From Bacillota bacterium (lineage in GTDB: Bacteria; Bacillota; Limnochordia; Darwinibacteriales; Darwinibacteriaceae), in NCBI GenBank assembly GCA_012799115.1, contig JAAZLY010000166.1, forward strand, positions 1 to 42,890: a stretch of 42,890 nt of DNA, in the 5' to 3' direction. The notes under the pieces are model-generated. The model did no database searches. It saw only the letters and a program-made list of their open reading frames with translations, and was not told where the DNA came from. The translations under genes and the position numbers were made by a program. Shown piece after piece: positions 12,589-19,168 of this stretch. Numbering within the stretch: position 1 is the stretch's first letter; each line of letters starts with the position of its first letter.

Positions 12589-13055
12589 GAGTCGAGTACA
12601 TAAATCCGTTTTATCAAGCTACCATCGATGTCTTTCGAGTTATGCTGAGTTTGGAACCAACAAGGGGCACCCTTAGGGCTGTCGAGGAACTCGTCCCCGT
12701 TAGTGAGGCTAATGTAGGTATCGGGGTTACTGGCGATTTGCGGGGATCCCTTCTCTACAGTTTCCCTGCCTCAATGGCCCTTGAAATGGTCAGGATCATG
12801 TCTGGCATGGAAATGACCAAGCTCGATGCCTTTGTCACATCTGCCCTTAGCGAAGTAGCCAATATCATTAGTGGGAATGCACTAACCTATCTGGCACGGA
12901 ACTCTCTCACCTGCGATATTTCACCTCCCCAAGCTTTTGTGGGCAGTAAGGGTGCTATGGCCATGTCCACCGAAAAGGCCATTGTGCTACCATTAATCAC
13001 CGATATCGGCACACTAGAGATCAGTATTTCCTTACATGCCAAACATGTAGAGTAA
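12585..13055 (+). CDS. cheX: CheX-type CheY-P phosphatase (CheC/CheX/FliY family)
   Basis: 156 aa. Motifs INPFYQATIDVFRVML, GDLRGSLLYSF and the active-site-like SEVANIISGNA (E-x2-N), which resembles Thermotoga CheX. The TTG start at 12585 overlaps the hemerythrin TGA (12586-12588). Confidence 0.8.
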   Translation: MRVEYINPFYQATIDVFRVMLSLEPTRGTLRAVEELVPVSEANVGIGVTGDLRGSLLYSFPASMALEMVRIMSGMEMTKLDAFVTSALSEVANIISGNALTYLARNSLTCDISPPQAFVGSKGAMAMSTEKAIVLPLITDIGTLEISISLHAKHVE

Positions 13056-13060
13056 ACAGG

Positions 13061-13116
13061 AAAAAGAAAATGCCTGCTCAAGCCATACCGCACTTGAACA
13101 GGCATCTTATTTTGTT
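13061..13116. terminator. Bidirectional intrinsic terminator between cheX and the convergent beta-barrel gene
   Basis: TGCCTGCTCAAG (13071-13082) pairs with CTTGAACAGGCA (13093-13104): 12 bp with one mismatch. It is flanked by aaaaagaaaa upstream and tcttattttgtt downstream. Confidence 0.65.
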
Positions 13117-13125
13117 CGCCAAGGG

Positions 13126-14499
13126 CTAAAAAGAACCGCTACCTAAGGTAATAGCTGCAAAAACAGTGGTATTGCGACCGACACCGCCAAACTCTGTGGC
13201 CACATCGCCGTAGTTGAAACTCACTCCTACGCTCGGTGAGATTTTACTGATGGAAGGTAGCTTCAAGGTCGTTGTGACCATCCCCAATTGATCAGAGAGG
13301 TTAGCATTCAGGTAGGCAGAAGCCGACAGCTTCGTGTTCAGGAGATTGCTCCATCCAATCATGGCCGCTAGGTAGTGTCTACCGGTAGAAGCCATGTCAG
13401 ACAGGCTGAAATCTTCAAGTGCCTTTTCGGCCATCTCTTTCATGGTTTCATCCTTAGATTGCGCCATGCCAAGCAATAAGCCATAATACTCCCGGAGCTT
13501 TTGGATATCGTCCTGTTCCTTATATCCTTCTCCATTGAAGTAATATTGACCGGCCAGAGTAAGGTTGAAGAGTCCATCAGGGTCATTATGATTATACATA
13601 GCTCCTGCAGTAGCGTGGAAGAAGAGCTGATCCTTTTCTACCACCGGATAGGTGGGTGGATGCAGCAGAGAGGGTCCCGCCTCAGCAAATCTCTTGTCAG
13701 ACCCTTTGCTCAGCACAGCTTCCCCAAAGACAGCCAGGTTACCGAGGGAAGAAGAAACGGTAAGCATCGCCCGGGGGGCTTTGTCCTTCTGATAAAAACC
13801 GCCTACTCCAATTTCCGTTCCGCCGAGCACAAACTCCAGCTTAGGAGCTAAGGCAACTTGGCTTGGCTCCTCGACACCGTCAAAGAGTGTATATACATAG
13901 TAGTTTGTACTGCCTCTTGGATAATGCATCTTGAGGGCAACAGGTCCTTCTAGCTCGACTTCTGGATCCATAGGATTAATCCGTCCCACACTGATCACAT
14001 CTGCTGGACTAAAAAAGTACCCTACACCCCATTTGACATTCTGTTTACCCGCTCTAAAGAACACCTTGTTATCATAGTTGAAGTCTGAGAAGAGCTCCTG
14101 CAAGCGGATCTGTAAAGGATCGCTAGCTTGTCCCGCCTGACCAACTTGCTTACTCACAGCATAACTCAAGCCAGCTTTGCCAAAGACACGGAAGTTCGGA
14201 TCCGGTCTGGCGTCCAAGTAGATTTGCCCACCAAGGGATGCCCGCAAGGAATCCATAGGATCTATTTCCTTCATATAGACTCTGCCCGCTGTAACGGAGA
14301 ACTGGTAGTTCCCCCCCACATCCAAGCCTTCCTGAACTAGGAGCGCTTCTTCGGGTGGCCGGATTTGCTCTTCCTCCTCCAATTCGACCAGGAGGTCACC
14401 TCCAAAGAGGTCGTCAAAATCGAAGTCCATAGCCCAAGTGGTACTGCTGATTCCTAGAATGAGCACAAGGGCAACAAGAAACGAACGATGTCTACGCAC
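13126..14499 (-). CDS. Secreted hypothetical protein, predicted outer-membrane beta-barrel. It is the last gene of the ABC/LolA-like operon.
   Basis: The signal peptide is MRRHRSFLVALVLILGISSTTWA. Amphipathic beta-strand patterns with aromatic residues alternate along the whole length. The block FFRAGKQNVKWGVGYFFSP resembles the G(R/K)Q..WG.G motif of DUF1302 / alginate-export-type barrels. The C-terminus is ...TVFAAITLGSGSF (terminal Phe). GTG start 12 nt after the upstream gene. Confidence 0.6.
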   Translation of the reverse strand: MRRHRSFLVALVLILGISSTTWAMDFDFDDLFGGDLLVELEEEEQIRPPEEALLVQEGLDVGGNYQFSVTAGRVYMKEIDPMDSLRASLGGQIYLDARPDPNFRVFGKAGLSYAVSKQVGQAGQASDPLQIRLQELFSDFNYDNKVFFRAGKQNVKWGVGYFFSPADVISVGRINPMDPEVELEGPVALKMHYPRGSTNYYVYTLFDGVEEPSQVALAPKLEFVLGGTEIGVGGFYQKDKAPRAMLTVSSSLGNLAVFGEAVLSKGSDKRFAEAGPSLLHPPTYPVVEKDQLFFHATAGAMYNHNDPDGLFNLTLAGQYYFNGEGYKEQDDIQKLREYYGLLLGMAQSKDETMKEMAEKALEDFSLSDMASTGRHYLAAMIGWSNLLNTKLSASAYLNANLSDQLGMVTTTLKLPSISKISPSVGVSFNYGDVATEFGGVGRNTTVFAAITLGSGSF

Positions 14500-14511
14500 G
14501 ATATCTACCCC

Positions 14512-15282
14512 CTAGCGGTTTACTCTCTCGATATAGGCCTTCGTAAAAACATGATCCGGGATATCGTTGACGGAGATTTCACTAACGGAAATCTGGGTCT
14601 TGTTCCCTTCCACCAACTCATCAACGAAGATCATCTGCACAGGGATTACCACATTTCCAACCTTGGTATACTTCGGATACAAACCAGTACGCATTAATCG
14701 GTACGTGAGGCTGTACTCTTCCGTTTTCAAGACGAGGTCGGAGTCCTTAGTAACCCAAAGCTTAACAAAGGGAAATGGTACAGTATCGTCTACCGCCTTG
14801 AGATCAATGATGTAGACTTCAAAGTTACCCAACGTACCTTCTAGATAGCCTTCCACCTCATAGGATGAGGAGTAGCTATTCGATCCAAAGTCGGCATTGC
14901 GGGCATCAGAACCTTGAAACGTCTCCTTGAGGGAAGTGTGGGCAAACTGTCGGCTAGACGGATCATAAAACCACAAGTTATCTCCTTCCAGAAGATACCC
15001 CTGGCCCTTCTCGGTAATAGGCTCTTGTATCAGGAGCAAGAAACGTTCACCATCATCACGCCTAAACTGACGGACCACCATCTTTTCAATACCTTTTTCC
15101 TGATCTTCCACAACCATGGTCAACACCGATGAAAAGTCTGTATTCTCAAAGCGAGACTGCCGATCAAGGCGTTCCAAGATGGCTTCGATGTGGCTAAAGT
15201 CTTGGGCCTTGGCTGGTACCACAAATCCTGCCGCAAGAAAACACAGGACCAAAGCAGCAGAAAGAAATCGCATTTTATTCAT
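14512..15282 (-). CDS. LolA-like outer-membrane-lipoprotein-sorting-type periplasmic protein (LolA_like family)
   Basis: The signal peptide is MNKMRFLSAALVLCFLAAGFVVPAKA, an SPase I type with no lipobox. The central block EKGQGYLLEGDNLWFYDPSSRQFAHTSLKETFQGSDARNADF is typical of LolA_like proteins encoded next to FtsX or RND transporters. Confidence 0.75.
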   Translation of the reverse strand: MNKMRFLSAALVLCFLAAGFVVPAKAQDFSHIEAILERLDRQSRFENTDFSSVLTMVVEDQEKGIEKMVVRQFRRDDGERFLLLIQEPITEKGQGYLLEGDNLWFYDPSSRQFAHTSLKETFQGSDARNADFGSNSYSSSYEVEGYLEGTLGNFEVYIIDLKAVDDTVPFPFVKLWVTKDSDLVLKTEEYSLTYRLMRTGLYPKYTKVGNVVIPVQMIFVDELVEGNKTQISVSEISVNDIPDHVFTKAYIERVNR

Positions 15283-15294
15283 TGGTCAAACCCC

Positions 15295-16629
15295 CTATGT
15301 GTGAGAACTTAACGCCTTTATGGGCGACATTTTGGCTGCAGCACGTGCAGGCCAATAAGCTGCGAGTAAGCTGATGAAAACCACGATAGCGGTATTGAAA
15401 ACCACCTTCGTTAGAGAAAAGATGAACGTAATTTTCCCGTTATCCAAGAAGAACTGCATCGATGGATCGGTATTAAGTTCAATGCCACCTACGATGAAGG
15501 AGATGACAAGAGCAAGGAATAGCCCAGCTATACAGCCGAGAAGACCAAGAAACACTGCTTCCCAGAGGAAGATATTCTTGACCTGCTTTTGGTGCATGCC
15601 GAAGGCCCTCATGGTACCAATTTCCTTGGTTCGCTCAATCATGATCATGCGGAAGGTGTTAGTAATACCCACCATGGTTACGACCAAAAGGATCAGGAAA
15701 ATGACTTGACCCACCCGGTTTAACACACCCACCACCAGCTCTACAGCCTCCATGATCTGGTTAATGTGCATGATCTGATAACGTGTACCCTCCCAGGGAG
15801 TGAGTTCCTCTCTTTCCGTCATCGGGTCCATGGGCATTCCCGCCACCGTGACTGAAACTGCAGGCTCCGCTTCCACCACTTCCTCTTCCTCGTCTTCAGC
15901 TCGGAGTCCCTCTCGAAACACTCTGGCAAACTCATCAACCATGTCTAGGTCTGTGAGGAACATGTTTAGTAACTGATACTCGTGGGGGTCCATCCCTAGC
16001 AGAGTATTAAGATACGAACGACTGGTATAAGCGGCGGAGAGACCCAACTCTTCCTGGTCTTTGATGAAGGCTACAACCTTAACCTCGCCAACATTCTGCT
16101 GACCAGTTAGGGTCTCTAGTCGAATAATCATCGTCTCTCCCACCTGGACTCCCAAGCGTTCTCCAACCGGCTGAGGCAAGATAATAGAAGCTTCTTCCGT
16201 CCCTATTTCACTAAAGGATCCTTCGGTTACAATGAGACTCTCTAGGAGTTTAGTCTCTTCGGCAAAGTCAACCCCATAGAGCATCTGCATCGTCTGTCTA
16301 GAACCAAAAATCATAGTGGGCATCGCCTGACTCCGGCGAGTGAACCCCTCTATCTGCGCCCCATGCTCCTCCAAGAGCTGCTCGAGGCGCTCGTCGGGCC
16401 TAATTTTCATGATCATCTGGCCAGCATCTGTCCACTCACGTCCCATAATGAAGATATGACCCCCAAGGGCATGGGAGAAGTTCTCACGGATATTTCCCAC
16501 AACACCTCCCGTGAGGGCGTTCATCAATGTAATTACCAACATACCAAAGGCGATCGCACCAGCCAAGAGGAAGCTACGCTTTTTCTGCCTCAAGATGTTG
16601 CGGAAAGCCACCTTCATTGTCAAGAGCAT
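15295..16629 (-). CDS. ABC transporter permease, FtsX/MacB type (permease 2)
   Basis: 444 aa. The N-terminal TM is AFRNILRQKKRSFLLAGAIAFGMLVITLM. A large extracytoplasmic domain of about 270 aa follows. The C-terminal FtsX domain is MIMIERTKEIGTMRAFGMHQKQV plus 3 TM. SD GAGGTGA lies 5 nt upstream. Confidence 0.9.
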   Translation of the reverse strand: MLLTMKVAFRNILRQKKRSFLLAGAIAFGMLVITLMNALTGGVVGNIRENFSHALGGHIFIMGREWTDAGQMIMKIRPDERLEQLLEEHGAQIEGFTRRSQAMPTMIFGSRQTMQMLYGVDFAEETKLLESLIVTEGSFSEIGTEEASIILPQPVGERLGVQVGETMIIRLETLTGQQNVGEVKVVAFIKDQEELGLSAAYTSRSYLNTLLGMDPHEYQLLNMFLTDLDMVDEFARVFREGLRAEDEEEEVVEAEPAVSVTVAGMPMDPMTEREELTPWEGTRYQIMHINQIMEAVELVVGVLNRVGQVIFLILLVVTMVGITNTFRMIMIERTKEIGTMRAFGMHQKQVKNIFLWEAVFLGLLGCIAGLFLALVISFIVGGIELNTDPSMQFFLDNGKITFIFSLTKVVFNTAIVVFISLLAAYWPARAAAKMSPIKALSSHT

Positions 16630-16634
16630 CTAGA

Positions 16635-18125
16635 TCACCTCGAACTTTCCATAGCTTTTAAGGGCGATGTCTTCATTACAATAGCCGTGGGATAAATACT
16701 TGAGACGATGCCCACAACCAATATCACGACAAAGGATAGGATCACTGACGAGACAGACAACTCTGGACGCAGGACCGGACCACCATAGATGATCTCAACG
16801 AACATGTTGCCGGCCTCAAGTCCGATTCTGTTTAGAATAAACAGAACCAATGAACCTAGAACAACTCCGATGGTACCTGCAATCCCCGAGAGAATCAGGG
16901 TCTCCCAAACGACCATGCGACGTACAAAACCCTTCTGTGCACCAATGGCACGCATGGTTCCGATCTCGCCCATCCTTTCCGTAACAGAAATGACCAAGGT
17001 GTTCATGATGATGATCACGGCTACAACAGCGATCAAGAAGACGACACCATTGAAGATGCCCTTAACTCCATTGGAGAGCTGAGCGATAGACCCGGCCGCT
17101 TGCATCCAATCTCTGGTCTGGGCTGGAATGTTGTGTTCAGCAAAGAACTTGGCAAAATCCACCTGAGCCTGTTTGAGATAGGACTCATCGGTCAAACGGA
17201 TTAAAAGGTATTGCCAGGCGCCAGTATCCTCCACATTGGATAGATCCCGCGATTCGGTCTCACCAAGTAGGGAAAACCAATAATCGTCCCCTATAGACTC
17301 CCCTTCTACCTCCACGGGTGCAAAGAGAGCATCAAGGGATCCAAAGGAGTCAAAAAGGCTCTCTTCATCGATAGCTCCTAGGAACGACTGTTCTTCGGGG
17401 CTCAAATCTACCGGTGCGGCGTGACCGACGACCATGCCCGCTAGAGCCCTCACGTTCGATACATCCATCAACGAGACCATATCAAGTTGTATGTTCGATT
17501 GCTTAAATTGGAAAATCCCCGCAATCTCCACTTCTCGAATACGCATGCCCGTGATTGTGCTGGCTGAGGTAAACAGAAGTTTGTCTCCAGGTCGTAAAGT
17601 AAATCCGATCTGCTTTTCGATCATCTCAGCAACCACTTTGTTCAGAAGGATACCCTGTTCACCCGGTCCCCAAAAGTCTCCTGCCAAGAGCTCCACATTA
17701 TCGGCGAACATTGCATGATAGTCGTCTGGCACAATGCCAAAAAGCTGGGTAATGCCAAGCATCTCATCTCCCCTAGACACCATGGCATTTGCCGAGAGCT
17801 GGGGATTGACCATCTCCACATAGGGAAGAGTTCTGGCATACTCTACAACTTCCGCATAGTCAGGAATTCTCGGAACAGCCCGCTCCATGGCCGTCATATC
17901 TTGAAAGCCGAAGAGCGTAAGGTAACCTTTGCTTTCACCTGTAATCATGAGATGACCGGTGTAGTTTTGAATATAGTAACGTTCAATGCCTGCCGCGGCC
18001 GAATCCATAAAGGAGTTACCCACCACAAGAACCATGATACCGATCATCATGATCAGGCCAATAATCAGCGTTTTGACTTTATGTTCACGCAAATTGCGCC
18101 AAGCAATGGTAAGGATGATTCTCAT
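16635..18125 (-). CDS. ABC transporter permease, FtsX/MacB type (permease 1)
   Basis: 496 aa with the same architecture as permease 2 (AWRNLREHKVKTLIIGLIMMIG...; ISVTERMGEIGTMRAIGAQKGFV) but a clearly different sequence. Its ATG overlaps the ATPase TGA (ATGA at 18122-18125). Confidence 0.9.
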   Translation of the reverse strand: MRIILTIAWRNLREHKVKTLIIGLIMMIGIMVLVVGNSFMDSAAAGIERYYIQNYTGHLMITGESKGYLTLFGFQDMTAMERAVPRIPDYAEVVEYARTLPYVEMVNPQLSANAMVSRGDEMLGITQLFGIVPDDYHAMFADNVELLAGDFWGPGEQGILLNKVVAEMIEKQIGFTLRPGDKLLFTSASTITGMRIREVEIAGIFQFKQSNIQLDMVSLMDVSNVRALAGMVVGHAAPVDLSPEEQSFLGAIDEESLFDSFGSLDALFAPVEVEGESIGDDYWFSLLGETESRDLSNVEDTGAWQYLLIRLTDESYLKQAQVDFAKFFAEHNIPAQTRDWMQAAGSIAQLSNGVKGIFNGVVFLIAVVAVIIIMNTLVISVTERMGEIGTMRAIGAQKGFVRRMVVWETLILSGIAGTIGVVLGSLVLFILNRIGLEAGNMFVEIIYGGPVLRPELSVSSVILSFVVILVVGIVSSIYPTAIVMKTSPLKAMESSR

Positions 18126-18835
18126 GACAAGTTCCCCACCTTGGCACTTCTTTTGGTATCTTCCACAACGAGACCATCGAGAAGTTGGATCACATGATCA
18201 GCAATATCCATAATCGTCCTATCATGCGTCGAAAAGATAAATGTCGTATTCAGCTCGGCATTCATCTTCTTCATGAGCTCAATAATGCTCTGCCCCGTCT
18301 TGGAGTCCAGATTCGCCGTTGGTTCGTCGGCCAAGACAATCTCCGGTTTCGTGGCTAAGGCCCTAGCAATAGCCACCCTTTGCCGCTGTCCTCCGGAAAG
18401 TTCGTTCGATTTGTGATGCATGTGATCGCCTAATCCAACGGCCTCCACGAGAAATTCGATCCACTCTCGGATCTCCTTCTTACTCCTTTTATCTTTACCT
18501 AATAGAAGTGGGAACTCGATATTCTCGTAGACATTAAGTACTGGAATCAGATTGAAGGATTGGAAGATAAAGCCCAAAGTCTCGTGGCGGAGCCTAGTCA
18601 AAGCCTTGTCCTTGAGACCATCCGTTACGGTTCCATTAATGCTCACAATCCCGTCAGTGGGTTGATCAATGCAACCAATGAGGTTTAGAATGGTTGACTT
18701 GCCTGATCCAGATGGTCCCACGATGGAGGCAAAGTCACCCTTTTCTATAGAAAAAGTCACACCGCGTACCGCGTGCACCTCTGCCTTACCAAGAGTGTAG
18801 ACCTTCTTCACATTTTCTAGCTCAACAATGCCCAT
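18122..18835 (-). CDS. ABC transporter ATP-binding protein, LolD/MacB-ATPase-like
   Basis: Walker A GPSGSGKST, signature LSGGQRQRVAIARAL, Walker B IVLADEPT, and FQSFNLIPVLNVYENI. I prefer the ATG at 18835 (MGIVELENVKKVY) with SD AAAGGAGAGG 5 nt upstream. The listed 44-aa N-terminal extension has no SD. Confidence 0.9.
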   Translation of the reverse strand: MGIVELENVKKVYTLGKAEVHAVRGVTFSIEKGDFASIVGPSGSGKSTILNLIGCIDQPTDGIVSINGTVTDGLKDKALTRLRHETLGFIFQSFNLIPVLNVYENIEFPLLLGKDKRSKKEIREWIEFLVEAVGLGDHMHHKSNELSGGQRQRVAIARALATKPEIVLADEPTANLDSKTGQSIIELMKKMNAELNTTFIFSTHDRTIMDIADHVIQLLDGLVVEDTKRSAKVGNLS

Positions 18836-18969
18836 CTGAACCTCTCCTTTGCTACCTAGTACACCTAGTATACCCCTTTGGCTACGTTCATTCAATTCTT
18901 TACAATGTATAGTACTTCGCCATTTGTTATACTTGGGTTGTCCGTGACTCTTGCTGTCTACCGGCAACG

Positions 18970-18991
18970 GTGTACTAGTTATCTAGTGCAC
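18970..18991 (-). repeat. Imperfect inverted repeat GTGTACTAG-N4-CTAGTGCAC at the predicted transcription start of the ABC operon (operator or leader hairpin candidate)
   Basis: Read directly from the sequence: 9-bp arms with one mismatch, 5 nt downstream of the candidate -10. Related copies are ACCTAGTA x2 at 18854-18870. Confidence 0.5.
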
Positions 18992-18995
18992 TAAT

Positions 18996-19025
18996 ATTGT
19001 ATAACATGCTTTCCTCGTTTGTCAA
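18996..19025 (-). promoter_or_regulatory. Candidate sigma-70-type promoter of the ABC/LolA-like operon
   Basis: On the minus strand: TTGACA (19025-19020), an 18-nt spacer, TACAAT (19001-18996). This implies a leader of about 150 nt. Confidence 0.45.
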
Positions 19026-19116
19026 CTTCTTTCAGCTCTACTTTTTGGCCCTATTTTCTGCTTTGTAGAGTAGAAGGGAAGAAGAATTCAGGTGGTAGTG
19101 AAAAAGTAAGACCATC

Positions 19117-19155
19117 TAGATAAAAACCGGGTGTCCATGGTGGATCAACCCGGTT
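19117..19155 (-). terminator. Intrinsic terminator after the last mrp-like gene
   Basis: On the minus strand, AACCGGGT-(15 nt)-ACCCGGTTTTTATC. The 8-bp GC-rich stem with a U-tract starts 14 nt after the stop at 19169. Confidence 0.6.
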
Positions 19156-19168
19156 ACAATCGCCTTTG

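Noticed and set aside
17715-18197. A 160-aa + strand ORF. Similar cases are the + strand ORFs at 16363-16695, 15374-15709 and 21774-22136 and the - strand ORFs at 3186-3740 and 4617-4994.
   Set aside because: All are antisense or out-of-frame shadows inside long, motif-supported genes (FtsX permeases, MrpD-like, PFOR). None has an independent signal.
18836-18967. N-terminal extensions proposed by the ORF track. Examples are the ATPase (+44 aa), aroB 29149-29217, mrpG 25722-25850, mrpE 26539-26580, the SBP 30791-30808 and lysA 6625-6666.
   Set aside because: The extensions lack SD sequences and overlap upstream genes or promoters. They also add residues that do not fit the family N-termini. 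Internal starts with good SD spacing were preferred.
19006-19068. A 20-codon hydrophobic small ORF (MLSSFVNFFQLYFLALFSAL) on the + strand in the gap between the ABC operon and the mrp operon.
   Set aside because: It has no Shine-Dalgarno sequence and no promoter that I can see. It overlaps the minus-strand promoter of the ABC operon, and T-rich intergenic DNA gives Phe/Leu-rich ORFs by chance.
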